Source of the DNA: Candidatus Woesebacteria bacterium RBG_16_42_24
GTDB lineage: Bacteria; Patescibacteriota; Microgenomatia; UBA8517
NCBI GenBank assembly: GCA_001792115.1
Contig: MGFX01000006.1
Span: forward strand, 82,537-146,536
DNA length: 64,000 bases
Reading direction: 5' to 3'
Shown here: positions 19,085 to 28,982 of the stretch, piece after piece
Numbering within the stretch: position 1 is the first letter of the stretch
Layout: each line of letters starts with the position of its first letter
Made by a program: the position numbers and the translations under genes
The notes under the pieces: model-generated
What the model was told of the DNA's origin: nothing
What the model saw: the letters and a program-made list of their open reading frames with translations, nothing else
The model's database searches: none

Positions 19085-20073
19085 AAAAGAAAAAGGTCGT
19101 CGTTATCGGTGGGGGAACAGGGACCTACACCGTTCTTTCCGGACTTCGAAAGTATCCACTTCATCTTTCTGTGATTATTACCATGATGGACTCCGGAGGA
19201 AGCAATCGTGTGATACGCGACGAGTTCGGGCTCCTTCCAACCAGCGATATCAGGCAATGTATGGTTGCTTTGGCATCGGATAAGTCCCACGAACTTCTAA
19301 GACAGCTTTTTACCTATCGCTATAACGCAGGTACCGGGATTTCGGGAATGACATTTGGCAATCTTTTTATGGCGGCCTTAACCGACATCCATGGTTCCCA
19401 GGAAGTTGCAATTGAAAAAACCTGCGAAATGCTGGACGTCCAGGGAGAAATATTTCCAGTGACTTATGACAATGTTCAGCTTATCGCAAGGTACGACAAC
19501 GGTAAACAGGTTTTGGGGGAGCACTACATCGATGAACCGAGTGACGAATTAGGCAAGCAAAAAATCATCGAACTCGAAGTAATTCCAGAAGCCAGAGTTA
19601 ATCCAAAGGCAATTAAGGCCGTAAATGAAGCGGACCTTATTGTTTTGGGTCCGGGGGACCTTTATACCAGCATCATTTGTAATTTAATAATTAGAGGAGT
19701 AGCAGAAGCCATAACCAAATCCAAGGCAAAAAAAGTTTATATACTGAATCTTATGACTAAATTTGGCCAAACACACGGCTTTTTGGCAAGTGACCATATT
19801 GAAACTTTGGAAAAATATTTGGGGAAGGGAGCCATTGATTTCTGCTTAGTAAATACGGGAAACGACTATCCTAAAGATATACTTGATAAATATAAGGAGG
19901 AGGGGGCGGTTCCCGTTAAGGATGATTTGGGTAAGCCATCTTCCTTTCTGGTTATAAGAAAAAAGCTCGACTCTGACAAGGTATTTGAAAAGGCCAAAAG
20001 CGATAAACTCAAAAGAAGCCTTATTCGCCATGACCCGAAAAAATTAGCCCGCGCCATTGTTTCTCTTCTCTAA
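19081..20073 (+). CDS. YvcK/GlmR (CofD-like) family protein
   Basis: GGGTG, DSGGS, DIRQC and GPGDLYTS motifs; ATGA overlap with glmS. Confidence 0.92.
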   Translation: MKKKKVVVIGGGTGTYTVLSGLRKYPLHLSVIITMMDSGGSNRVIRDEFGLLPTSDIRQCMVALASDKSHELLRQLFTYRYNAGTGISGMTFGNLFMAALTDIHGSQEVAIEKTCEMLDVQGEIFPVTYDNVQLIARYDNGKQVLGEHYIDEPSDELGKQKIIELEVIPEARVNPKAIKAVNEADLIVLGPGDLYTSIICNLIIRGVAEAITKSKAKKVYILNLMTKFGQTHGFLASDHIETLEKYLGKGAIDFCLVNTGNDYPKDILDKYKEEGAVPVKDDLGKPSSFLVIRKKLDSDKVFEKAKSDKLKRSLIRHDPKKLARAIVSLL

Positions 20074-20080
20074 CCACACT

Positions 20081-20193
20081 TTTACTATAGATTCAAGAAT
20101 GCCTCACAATTTATTGTGAGAATGAATTGAACCTAGAGCTATAATCTTCCTTTAGAGGCATAGGCCACCCACATTGTCGGTGGATGATTTTAC
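20081..20193 (+). mobile_element. IS200/IS605-like non-autonomous mini-element, copy 1
   Basis: Two subterminal hairpins; close inverted copy at 27525-27638. Confidence 0.65.
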
Positions 20194-20235
20194 CCTTGTC
20201 TATTTTTTGGTAACTTCTTATACTGGAGGACGACA

Positions 20236-20556
20236 ATGCAGGAATGTATTTTCTGTAAGATTATTAATAAAGAAATTCCGAAAAAGCTTGAGGCTGAAAC
20301 TGCCAACCTTCTAGCCTTTAAAGATATAAATCCCAAAGCCCCAGTGCACCTTTTGATAGTTCCCAAAGAACACGTTCAGGATATAAGATACGATAGTGGT
20401 GTTATTTGGGCTTCAATGGGTAAACTGGCGGTTAAGCTTGCAAAGGATAAAAAACTAAAGAGTTTTCGCTTGGTACATAATACGGGTGAGGCGGCGGCGG
20501 TGCCTCATATGCATATGCATCTTTTGGGGGAAGTGGCGGCAACCAGGGAAGTATGA
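20236..20556 (+). CDS. HIT family protein
   Basis: CIFCKII, DINPKAPVH and HMHMH motifs. Confidence 0.93.
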   Translation: MQECIFCKIINKEIPKKLEAETANLLAFKDINPKAPVHLLIVPKEHVQDIRYDSGVIWASMGKLAVKLAKDKKLKSFRLVHNTGEAAAVPHMHMHLLGEVAATREV

Positions 20557-20993
20557 TCACAAGTACCATTAATCAAAAAATTCAGGAAGCCATGAAGGCC
20601 AGGGACGATGTTAGGGTTTCGACTTTGAGGCTTTTATCCTCGGCTTTTAATTACGAAAGAATTGCCAAACAGCACGAATTAACCAAGGAGGAGGAATTGG
20701 TAGTTGTTAAGCGCGAGGCCAAAAAGCGCCTTGAGGCAATTGAGGCGTACGAGAAAGCCAAGGTTCAGGAGAAAGCAGATAGAGAGAAAGAAGAACTTGC
20801 CATTTTGGGGGAGTTTTTACCCAAACAAATGTCTGATGAAGAATTAGAAAAAATTGTCGAAGAAGTGGTCAGGGAAACCGGGGCAACTTCCATAGCCGAT
20901 ATGGGAAAAGTGATGGGGGTAGCTATGGGTAAAGTTTCCGGTCGCGCAGACGGTGGCAGGGTTTCCGAATTGGTTAAGAGCAAGCTCTCATAA
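20553..20993 (+). CDS. GatB/YqeY domain protein
   Basis: AMKARD, LPKQMS, DMGKVMG and GRADG motifs. Confidence 0.93.
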   Translation: MITSTINQKIQEAMKARDDVRVSTLRLLSSAFNYERIAKQHELTKEEELVVVKREAKKRLEAIEAYEKAKVQEKADREKEELAILGEFLPKQMSDEELEKIVEEVVRETGATSIADMGKVMGVAMGKVSGRADGGRVSELVKSKLS

Positions 20994-21031
20994 TATTGTG
21001 CGACTAGCTTTAAAGGAGCCTCCCTTAAAGT

Positions 21032-21418
21032 ATGATAAAGGTAAGCGTAGTAAAACAATCTAATTATCCTGTTTCGACACCCGCTCTAAAGAAAAAACTT
21101 AGCGAATTTTTTATGAAAAATGGGATAACTTCGGACGCAGAAACCTCTGTGGTAATAGTGGGAGAGGCCAAAATGCGGGAGACTTCAAGAAAATACCTTA
21201 AGGACGGTTCGCTTCACAACGTTCTTTCTTTTACCCCCGACGAGGTTAGAGAAAAGTTTGAATACCCTCCGGACGCCGCTCTTCAGTTGGGCGAGATAAT
21301 TGTTTGCTACCCGGTTGCGGTTGTTGAAGCAAAGAAAGAAGGAAAGTTAGTTAATGAGAAAATATATGAACTGGTTGAGCATGGGGGGAAGCACCTTTTA
21401 GGCCTACACCATGAGTAA
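21032..21418 (+). CDS. ybeY: rRNA maturation RNase YbeY
   Basis: NVLSF, LGEIIVC and HGGKHLLGLHH motifs. Confidence 0.88.
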   Translation: MIKVSVVKQSNYPVSTPALKKKLSEFFMKNGITSDAETSVVIVGEAKMRETSRKYLKDGSLHNVLSFTPDEVREKFEYPPDAALQLGEIIVCYPVAVVEAKKEGKLVNEKIYELVEHGGKHLLGLHHE

Positions 21419-21419
21419 A

Positions 21420-21530
21420 AATTCAGTTTTTCAGTTTGTCAGTTGTCAGATATCAGTTGGTCAGTTTCTCTGATAAAGTCAGAATAACCGAAAAACCGAA
21501 ATCAGAAAACTGATACCCGATAAACCGATT
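21420..21530. repeat. Degenerate short-period (TCAG-core) array with an inverted second half
   Basis: ttcagtt/gtcagtt units, then accgaaa/actgata units, between ybeY and dnaX. Confidence 0.7.
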
Positions 21531-21534
21531 AAAT

Positions 21535-23115
21535 ATGACCTTATACCTTAAATACCGTCCGCAAAAACTTGAGGAGTTAGATAGCGAGACGGTTCGAGAA
21601 TCACTCAAAAGGATCGTGGTTTCGGGAAAACCCCCTCACGCATTTCTGTTTGCCGGACCAAAGGGTACGGGAAAGACCTCTGCGGCAAGAATCATAGCCA
21701 AAATTCTTAATTGTGAGCGTTTAGCGTCAAGCAAGAAAACGGATAGTTCAATCGAGCCGTGTGGGAAGTGCGACCAATGTCTCTCGATTTCCCAGGATTC
21801 TAATCTGGACGTAATCGAGATGGACGCAGCGTCTCATCGGGGAATTGATGACGTACGCGCCCTAAGAGATGCGGTGAAGCTTGCTCCTGCCAAAGCGAGA
21901 AACAAGGTCTACATAATTGACGAGGTGCACATGTTAACTACCGAGGCCGCCAACGCTCTTCTTAAAACTCTTGAGGAGCCACCCAGCCACGTCTATTTCA
22001 TTTTGGCTACGACCAATCCAGAAAAACTTATTGAAACGATTCGTTCCCGGGTAACGTTAATTTCTTTTAAAAAGGCAACGAGAGATGAGATAGTTAGGTC
22101 GTTAAGAAGAGTTGTAAAGGGAGAAAAAATAAAGATCGAAGAGGATACTTTGGGGTTAATTGCCAAGGCAGCCGCAGGTTCGTTTCGAGACGCAGTTAAG
22201 ACCCTGGAGCAACTTCTCAGCGAAAAAAGGAATCTTTCTCCCGAGGTGGTTGGAGAGTTTCTTTTCCAAAGAAAAGCATTTGAGGCGGACTCGTTTTTGG
22301 CACTTTTAGCAAAGAAAGAAACAAAAAAAGCACTTCAAGAACTAGATGCTGCAGTTACCTCCGGAGTCTTGGTTTCGAATATTTTAATGGCTATGCTTGA
22401 GAGATTAAGGGGAGGACTCTTGGCGCTTTCGGGAATAGGAGAGGAGAAAATAGAAGGATTTGAGCGAAAAGAGATAATTTCACTCATTAAACTTTTTGGC
22501 AAGGCGGGAAAAGATATTGCGAGTTCGCCAATTGAGGAGTTGCCTTTGGAAGTTGCGATAGTGGAGTGGTGTGAGGGGACTATTGGTAGGTTGCAGTCCG
22601 TTCGCTTGAATCTTAACTCGCCTCTCGCCCCTGGCGAGACCAATTCCGTTCACTCCCGCTCGCGCGCTCACGACACGCTCGACTCCCGTGAACAGGATCT
22701 GGCTCGGACAAAAAGTTCTGCGTCTCGTCGTCAGACGGACGCTTCCTCAAGGAATTTAAAAGAAGTGAGTGAGGAAGTTTGGAGGAAGATTTTGGCAACG
22801 GTTAAGCCCATCAATACTTCGATTGAGGCACTTCTTCGTGCCGCAAGGCCGGTATCTTACGACGGGAACACTTTGACCTTAGGCGTTTTTTATAAGTTCC
22901 ATAAAGAGAGACTTGAGGATTTTCATCACAGGAGAATTTTAGAAGAAGTGGTGGGGAGAATCATGGGGAGTACCATCAAAGTAATTTGCATTCTGACTAG
23001 CCCTCCCGCAAAGATCGAAACTACTTCCAAGGAAATCCCAAAAGAGGAAGTGGTTTTGACCGAGGGAGGGGATGAAGATATAATAAAAGTTGCCAAAGAG
23101 ATATTTGGTAATTAA
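21535..23115 (+). CDS. dnaX: DNA polymerase III subunit gamma/tau
   Basis: KYRPQ, GPKGTGKT, DEVHML and LLKTLEEPP motifs. Confidence 0.96.
   Translation: MTLYLKYRPQKLEELDSETVRESLKRIVVSGKPPHAFLFAGPKGTGKTSAARIIAKILNCERLASSKKTDSSIEPCGKCDQCLSISQDSNLDVIEMDAASHRGIDDVRALRDAVKLAPAKARNKVYIIDEVHMLTTEAANALLKTLEEPPSHVYFILATTNPEKLIETIRSRVTLISFKKATRDEIVRSLRRVVKGEKIKIEEDTLGLIAKAAAGSFRDAVKTLEQLLSEKRNLSPEVVGEFLFQRKAFEADSFLALLAKKETKKALQELDAAVTSGVLVSNILMAMLERLRGGLLALSGIGEEKIEGFERKEIISLIKLFGKAGKDIASSPIEELPLEVAIVEWCEGTIGRLQSVRLNLNSPLAPGETNSVHSRSRAHDTLDSREQDLARTKSSASRRQTDASSRNLKEVSEEVWRKILATVKPINTSIEALLRAARPVSYDGNTLTLGVFYKFHKERLEDFHHRRILEEVVGRIMGSTIKVICILTSPPAKIETTSKEIPKEEVVLTEGGDEDIIKVAKEIFGN
22583..22750. repeat. 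~170-nt fold-back element inserted in frame in dnaX
   Basis: Terminal inverted repeat gtccgtt/gacggac; motifs shared with 23406-23573 and 50977-51147. Confidence 0.65.
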
Positions 23116-23117
23116 CT

Positions 23118-23405
23118 ATGTTTGATAAATTAAAACAACTAAACGAGCTAAGGAAGATGCGCTCCCAGGCTATGGGGCTACAAAAAGAGCTAGACCAGAT
23201 AATAGAAACTTATGAAAATAGGGGAGTAAAGGTGAAGGTAACCGGTTCGCAAAAGGTTGATTATATCGAGATTGACGGAGAAGAAAGGAGCGACATTAAG
23301 GACGCAATTAATGAAGCTATGAAGAGGGTTCAGAAAGAAGCAGCCAAGAAAATGTTAGAGATGGGTGGGGGGCTCTCCGGACTTCTTGGTAAAATGGGGC
23401 AGTGA
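23118..23405 (+). CDS. YbaB/EbfC nucleoid-associated protein
   Basis: Lies between dnaX and recR; VKVKVTGSQ and AINEA pattern. Confidence 0.85.
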   Translation: MFDKLKQLNELRKMRSQAMGLQKELDQIIETYENRGVKVKVTGSQKVDYIEIDGEERSDIKDAINEAMKRVQKEAAKKMLEMGGGLSGLLGKMGQ

Positions 23406-23573
23406 GTGCTTCGTGGCAACGAATTTCTCAAAAACTCTCGTCGAGTCGGTACTGCTTTTTCAGAGTTGCCCACTCCTCGCTTGGCGTCTCGCCAACCCAA
23501 ATACTCTTATTAGAGGTTAGAACTTACCAGGGTTTGGCTCGACACATTTTTCGAAACTGTTGCCACTTCGCAC
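23406..23573. repeat. ~170-nt fold-back intergenic element
   Basis: Terminal inverted repeat gtggcaac/gttgccac; homologous to 50977-51147. Confidence 0.75.
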
Positions 23574-23598
23574 GAGATGAAAGATAATATAAGCGCTT

Positions 23599-24228
23599 AT
23601 GAAGATTCCAAAACCACTGGCCCGAGTTATTGAGGCTTTTGAAAAGCTTCCCGGGATAGGGCCAAAGACTGCGCAGCGTCTGACTTATTATTTACTTCAC
23701 GTTCCTCAATCGGAGCTTGATTTTTTTGCAGATGCACTAGGAAATCTTAAAAAGCAGACAATACTTTGTTCGAATTGTAAAAATGTTTCGGAGGTAGACC
23801 CCTGTCCAATTTGCCAAGATTCTTTCCGAGATTCTTCGACGATATTGGTTGTGGAGAACCCCTTAGATATCTTGGCTTTCGAAAGAACCGGAAAATATAA
23901 AGGCCTTTACCACGTCCTCCATGGGAGTATCAACCCGCTTGAAAATATAGGACCCGACGAGCTCTATATCGAAGACTTAGTTAAACGAATAACAAATAAC
24001 AAATTACGAATTAACGAGGTAATTATAGCCACAAACCCAACGATGGAAGGGGAGGCCACGGCGATGTACCTAAATAAAAAACTCAAAGCTCAAAACCCGC
24101 CTGCCGGCAGGCAAAACCCAAAACTCAAAGTAACAAGACTGGGGATGGGGATTCCTACGGGTGCTGATTTAGAGTATGCCGATGAGGTAACATTAAGGGA
24201 GGCAATTGAGGGGAGAAGGGAGATTTGA
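23599..24228 (+). CDS. recR: Recombination protein RecR
   Basis: LPGIGPKTAQR, C4 Zn finger and ATNPTMEGEATA motifs. Confidence 0.97.
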   Translation: MKIPKPLARVIEAFEKLPGIGPKTAQRLTYYLLHVPQSELDFFADALGNLKKQTILCSNCKNVSEVDPCPICQDSFRDSSTILVVENPLDILAFERTGKYKGLYHVLHGSINPLENIGPDELYIEDLVKRITNNKLRINEVIIATNPTMEGEATAMYLNKKLKAQNPPAGRQNPKLKVTRLGMGIPTGADLEYADEVTLREAIEGRREI

Positions 24229-24263
24229 AATTACTAATTACAAATTACTAATTATCTATTGAC

Positions 24264-24719
24264 ATGAATATAAAATCTGGAGTTGCGAAAACTGCACAGC
24301 AAATTGCCCAACAGGCGGCAAAGCAGGTTGTCCAAGAACCTTTCGAGATGGCAAAGTCCGCGGCAAAACAAGTTGGTGCAGTAGAGGCAGTTAAGTCTAC
24401 CTCTCCACAGTACCAAGCACCGCAAGTTCCCCGGGCAACTGAGGCAGAGATTAGGAATCTTCACGAAAAAGACAAAAGCGTAAGTACTTCCCGATATCAA
24501 AGCTTACAAAAAGAAATTCAGGCAATAGCCATTCAAAAGAAAGAGAGGGAGAGGCAGGCTAAAGAGTTGGAAGAGACACAAAAGATGATGAAGAAAGATG
24601 CCTCTCGGCCACTGGTAGAGCCAGTAACAAAAACTAGTAGAAACCCACTCAAAGGGATGGCTAAAAAACTCTCAGACCTAGGAAAACGTGCCGAGATAAG
24701 AATGCCACCCTCCGGGTAA
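24264..24719 (+). CDS. Hypothetical coiled-coil protein
   Basis: 151-aa Q/K/A-rich ORF in operon orientation. Confidence 0.7.
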   Translation: MNIKSGVAKTAQQIAQQAAKQVVQEPFEMAKSAAKQVGAVEAVKSTSPQYQAPQVPRATEAEIRNLHEKDKSVSTSRYQSLQKEIQAIAIQKKERERQAKELEETQKMMKKDASRPLVEPVTKTSRNPLKGMAKKLSDLGKRAEIRMPPSG

Positions 24720-24762
24720 AGCCGGAATTTCCAATTTCCAATTTCCAATGTAAAATGGGTAA

Positions 24763-26205
24763 GTGTCGGATATTTATCTAACCAATACCCTTTCTCGAAA
24801 AAAAGAGAAATTTGAACCTATAAATCCCCCAAGAGTAGGAATGTATACCTGCGGACCTACAGTTTATGACTTTTCCACGATAGGGAATTTTAGAACCTAT
24901 ATAGCAGCAGACACGCTTCTAAGGGTTCTTAAATACAACGGCTTCGAGGTGACTTACATAATGAATATTACGGACGTTGGGCATTTGACCGGCGACAATT
25001 TAGGTGATGCAGACCTTGGGGAGGACAGGATGGAAAAATCAGCCCAGGCCCAGGGCAAGAGCGCGTGGGAGATTGCCAAGTATTATACAGAGGTCTTCTT
25101 AAAAGACTTTGAAAAACTAAACCTTACTAAACCAAATGTCTTCTCAAAAGCGACAGATCATATAAAGGAACAGATAGATCTTGTTTCAGGCCTTGAAAAG
25201 GTAGGATTTGCTTATAAGATCTCCGACGGAATCTATTTTGACACGGTAGCTTTCGAGAAAAAAACCGGCAAAAAATACGGAGAGCTTTCTACGCTGGACA
25301 TCATTAAAGAGGGGGCAAGGGTTGAGCCAAATCCCGAAAAGAAAAATCCCAGAGACTTTGCCATTTGGAAGTTTAGCCCTTCGGCAGGCTCAGGGTTGCC
25401 TAAGCGGCAAATGGAGTGGGATAGCCCTTGGGGGTTAGGGTTTCCGGGATGGCATTTAGAGTGCTCTGCAATGAGTATGAAATATCTTGGCGAGAGCTTT
25501 GATATCCATTGTGGAGGAGAGGACCTTCGTCAGACCCACCACCCCAACGAGATTGCCCAGTCAGAGGGGGTAAGCGGCAAAACCTTTGTTAAATATTGGG
25601 TGCACGCGACTTTCTTGCAGGTTGACGGAAAAAGAATGGGAAAAAGTTTGGGTAATGTCTATACGGTTAGCGATATTGAACGTAAAGGATTTGACCCCTT
25701 GGCCCTAAGATATCTTTATTTAACGTCGTACTATCGCGATACTCTCAATTTTACTTGGGAAAGCTTAACTTCTTCCCAAAATGCCTTGAATAAATTGAGG
25801 TCACAACTTCTGGCATTGAGAGAGTCTAGAAAAAGAACCGTTTTGTCGCGAGAAAAGGAAAAAAAGATGGAAGAGTTTCGAGCAGCATTCACCACAGCCG
25901 TAAACGACGACCTCAATACTCCGCGGGCACTGGCGGTAATGTGGGATATGTTTAAGAGTAATATTCCTGCGGAAGACAAGTATGATTTGGCGATCTCTTT
26001 TGATGACGTGTTGGGACTTAGTTTAGGGCGAATTTCCAGTTTCCAGTTTCCAATTTCCAAAGAGATTAAAGAACTGGTAGGGGAAAGAGAACGATTGAGG
26101 AAAGAAGGGAAATTTGAAGAAGCAGATAAAATCAGGGTTAAGATAGAAAAGACGGGATATGCATTGGAGGATCAGCCGGAAGGGACCAGAATCAAAAAAG
26201 CCTAA
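24763..26205 (+). CDS. cysS: Cysteine--tRNA ligase
   Basis: MYTCGPTVY, PGWHLECSAM, HHPNEIAQ and RMGKSLGN motifs. Confidence 0.98.
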   Translation: MSDIYLTNTLSRKKEKFEPINPPRVGMYTCGPTVYDFSTIGNFRTYIAADTLLRVLKYNGFEVTYIMNITDVGHLTGDNLGDADLGEDRMEKSAQAQGKSAWEIAKYYTEVFLKDFEKLNLTKPNVFSKATDHIKEQIDLVSGLEKVGFAYKISDGIYFDTVAFEKKTGKKYGELSTLDIIKEGARVEPNPEKKNPRDFAIWKFSPSAGSGLPKRQMEWDSPWGLGFPGWHLECSAMSMKYLGESFDIHCGGEDLRQTHHPNEIAQSEGVSGKTFVKYWVHATFLQVDGKRMGKSLGNVYTVSDIERKGFDPLALRYLYLTSYYRDTLNFTWESLTSSQNALNKLRSQLLALRESRKRTVLSREKEKKMEEFRAAFTTAVNDDLNTPRALAVMWDMFKSNIPAEDKYDLAISFDDVLGLSLGRISSFQFPISKEIKELVGERERLRKEGKFEEADKIRVKIEKTGYALEDQPEGTRIKKA

Positions 26206-26207
26206 AA

Positions 26208-26855
26208 ATGCAGAAATTTCTTGCCCCAACACTAAGCTTCTTGGCAATACTCGGTGTTATCAGCTCATATTACTTTCTTTACTCCCTCAATAAAAAGGTT
26301 GAGAGTATAACTCCCCAAGATGTACAAAAAGAGGAAGTGAAGAAAGATCCTACAGAGGTGGTAGTCGATGAGTGTGGAGAGGAGTGCGAGCAGAAAATAG
26401 AGGAAGAGGTTGCTAAGGCTATAAGCACTATATCTGCCTCGACCAAAACTACTACAGCCCCTTCCACAACAACTACCCTTACTAAGAAGAGCACCGACTA
26501 TATTACGCTGAATGGGCCTGTTTCAACCACTTCTACCCAGTGGGTGGATATCCCCGGGGTTGAAGTTTATTTGGACTTAGTGAAAGATTACGGAAGCTTA
26601 GCCTCAGCTAGCTGGGAGGGAAGTCTTAAGGTTGCACATGCAAACGGCCAAGCCTATGCCAGACTTTTTGATATAACCAACGGTAGGGCGGTTGACGGAA
26701 GTGAGATCTCAACCTCCAATAATGCAGATTATAAATTAGTATCCTCCGCGCCCGTATCTTTTTGGGCAGGGAATAACCTATATCGGCTGCAGCTTAAGTC
26801 CCTTAATTCATTTGAAGTTACTTTTTTATCAGGGCGAATTAAAATAACCTACTAA
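26208..26855 (+). CDS. Membrane-anchored hypothetical protein
   Basis: N-terminal TM, Thr-rich linker, beta-rich C-terminal domain. Confidence 0.75.
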   Translation: MQKFLAPTLSFLAILGVISSYYFLYSLNKKVESITPQDVQKEEVKKDPTEVVVDECGEECEQKIEEEVAKAISTISASTKTTTAPSTTTTLTKKSTDYITLNGPVSTTSTQWVDIPGVEVYLDLVKDYGSLASASWEGSLKVAHANGQAYARLFDITNGRAVDGSEISTSNNADYKLVSSAPVSFWAGNNLYRLQLKSLNSFEVTFLSGRIKITY

Positions 26856-26859
26856 GAAG

Positions 26860-27507
26860 ATGGTGTTGGCGGTAATTTTTGATCTTGACGGAACGGTTCT
26901 TTCAAACGAGGACGAGTACGGGGACGCCTTCAGGAAAGTTCTTACAAGATTGGGCAAGCGGGTTGAAACGGCCTATCCCCACGTTGGCGGGATCGGAGTA
27001 AAAGAAAATTGGCCGATTCTTCTTTCTAAATACAAAATTAGGACAGAAAAGACTATAGAGGAATTAACTCAAGAGACACAAGAAGCATATTTGGCAGATC
27101 TCCCCAAAGTGACTCTTAAGCCCGGTTTTGAGGTTTTTGTCAGGGAACTAAAGGAGGGCGGAGTTTTGGTTGCCTTAGCAACTTCAAATGTCTTGTGGAT
27201 TTTGGAAGAGGTCTTTGAGACATTATCGTTGAAAAAATTTTTTGATGTAGTGACAACTGGAGAGGAAGTAAAATTTAAAAAGCCAGCTCCAGATTTATTT
27301 TTGTTAACTGCAGAAAAGCTTGGAGTGAACCCTAAGGAGTGCCTTGTAATTGAGGATTCCGAGGCGGGGATTGAAGCAGCTCATAAAGCTCAAATGAAAG
27401 TTTTTGCGATTGCGAGGGACGCTTCTCACGCAAGAAGCCTAAGAAATGCCGACAGGGTGGTAAGTTCCTTCGAAGATATTTCACTTTCCACAATTCAAAA
27501 TCTGTGA
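26860..27507 (+). CDS. HAD-superfamily phosphatase
   Basis: FDLDGT, KPAPD and IEDS motifs. Confidence 0.93.
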   Translation: MVLAVIFDLDGTVLSNEDEYGDAFRKVLTRLGKRVETAYPHVGGIGVKENWPILLSKYKIRTEKTIEELTQETQEAYLADLPKVTLKPGFEVFVRELKEGGVLVALATSNVLWILEEVFETLSLKKFFDVVTTGEEVKFKKPAPDLFLLTAEKLGVNPKECLVIEDSEAGIEAAHKAQMKVFAIARDASHARSLRNADRVVSSFEDISLSTIQNL

Positions 27508-27524
27508 AGACGGCTAAGACTCGT

Positions 27525-27638
27525 GTAAAACCTTCCGCCGACTAAAGTCGGCGGCCTTGACCCTTAAGGAAAGATTGTAGCTCTAGGTTCAATTCATCCT
27601 CGCAATGAATTGCGAGATTTTCTTGAATCTATAGTAAA
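27525..27638 (-). mobile_element. IS200/IS605-like non-autonomous mini-element, copy 2 (inverted)
   Basis: Reverse complement aligns with 20081-20193, with compensatory changes in the stems. Confidence 0.65.
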
Positions 27639-27647
27639 ATGGATAGT

Positions 27648-28457
27648 ATGAAATATCTGCCCTTAGCTTTTGTCCTCTTTTTATTTTTCCTTGCAACACC
27701 TGCCTATTCCCAAATCTCAAATAGCGATGACTTTAATTTTCAAAGAGCCTACGCCGACTACATTTACAATTTTGACATTTATAGAAAAGCAAATATCGAC
27801 TACGAACTCTATCGCTCACAATACCTACAATTTAAAACCTTAAAGTCCCAAGAGAATGCCTATAACGCGACCCTGACAATGCTTAAGGCGAGAGATTCTA
27901 CCGTCGAAACTTACCTCACCGCCATAAGGAAAAAGTTAGACGAAACTCCGGGGGCGGACGGAGCCAAAAAGCAAATTCTTTTTACCAAGATTGACCCTGA
28001 AGTAACTTGGCATATTGCTCATAGCGACTCCTTGCCTTCAGCGGGGACCCTGGAAGATTTGACGGGAGATAGTGACGCCGCCAAGGTAAGATTTCAAAGT
28101 GACGTACCCCTTTTTTACGAAACACTGGTTGCCGTATCGGGCGGCAAGGTAATCTACGCGCGGGAGAAGGAGGAGGCAATTCTTACCTCTCTAAAAGAAA
28201 AAATTGCAGAAATAAGCGCTAACGGCGATAAAAATACACAACTAATCGAGCGCTGGATTTTAGATACAGAAGAAAAAATAGTGAGAAGCAAGGAGAAGGA
28301 GGCGGAAGCCTATTCAATTGTCGCCAAAGCGAGCGGGCAAGGGAGTTTGGGTGCTTATAACGAAGCCCTTATTAAACTTAAAGAGGCTTATCAATATTTA
28401 AAAGAGGCAAATTCTTTTCTTGAAGAAATAATAACCGAAGTAAAGTTTGAAGACTGA
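27648..28457 (+). CDS. Secreted alpha-helical hypothetical protein
   Basis: Signal peptide MKYLPLAFVLFLFFLATPAYS. Confidence 0.75.
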   Translation: MKYLPLAFVLFLFFLATPAYSQISNSDDFNFQRAYADYIYNFDIYRKANIDYELYRSQYLQFKTLKSQENAYNATLTMLKARDSTVETYLTAIRKKLDETPGADGAKKQILFTKIDPEVTWHIAHSDSLPSAGTLEDLTGDSDAAKVRFQSDVPLFYETLVAVSGGKVIYAREKEEAILTSLKEKIAEISANGDKNTQLIERWILDTEEKIVRSKEKEAEAYSIVAKASGQGSLGAYNEALIKLKEAYQYLKEANSFLEEIITEVKFED

Positions 28458-28458
28458 T

Positions 28459-28941
28459 ATGGAAAACCAGATGATTGCATCTTCCAATCAAGCGGTTAAG
28501 CCGCCGCCACAGAACTTTTTAAATAAGGTTAAAGGGGTATTTTTATCTGTCGCAGCGAAATTAAAAGAGGTCATCTATTACTTGAGAGTGCCTTCCCGGG
28601 GGGCCGAGGCGGAAGGAGAGGTCCCTAGCCATGGCATATCTGACCGAACTAAAAAAATTGTGACTGGAGTTTCCGCGATATTCTTTTTACTCATAATCCT
28701 TCTCATCGCGGCCTCCTACCTTAGAAATATGGGAGAAAAGCCCGCCGAAGAGGTCAAGGAAGAAGATAGCCTTCAGACCACAATTGTTGAGAGAAAGGCC
28801 TCTCGTTATGCGACGGATGAAGCGGTTCTTAAGATGGAGGGAGACGTTAAAGCACTGGAGGAAGAGATGAACAAAGAAGACCTCGAAGAAAAATCCCTCC
28901 CTCCTCCAAACTTAAACTTCGATGTGAATTTTACAGAGTAA
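28459..28941 (+). CDS. Single-TM hypothetical protein
   Basis: Central hydrophobic helix; starts directly after the upstream stop. Confidence 0.7.
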   Translation: MENQMIASSNQAVKPPPQNFLNKVKGVFLSVAAKLKEVIYYLRVPSRGAEAEGEVPSHGISDRTKKIVTGVSAIFFLLIILLIAASYLRNMGEKPAEEVKEEDSLQTTIVERKASRYATDEAVLKMEGDVKALEEEMNKEDLEEKSLPPPNLNFDVNFTE

Positions 28942-28982
28942 AAATTGGTGTTTCTCATTAAGAATATGTACAATTTCCCTTC

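Noticed and set aside
23402-23587. 61-aa ORF between ybaB and recR
   Set aside because: It coincides with the fold-back repeat; the homologous copy at 50977 has no equivalent ORF
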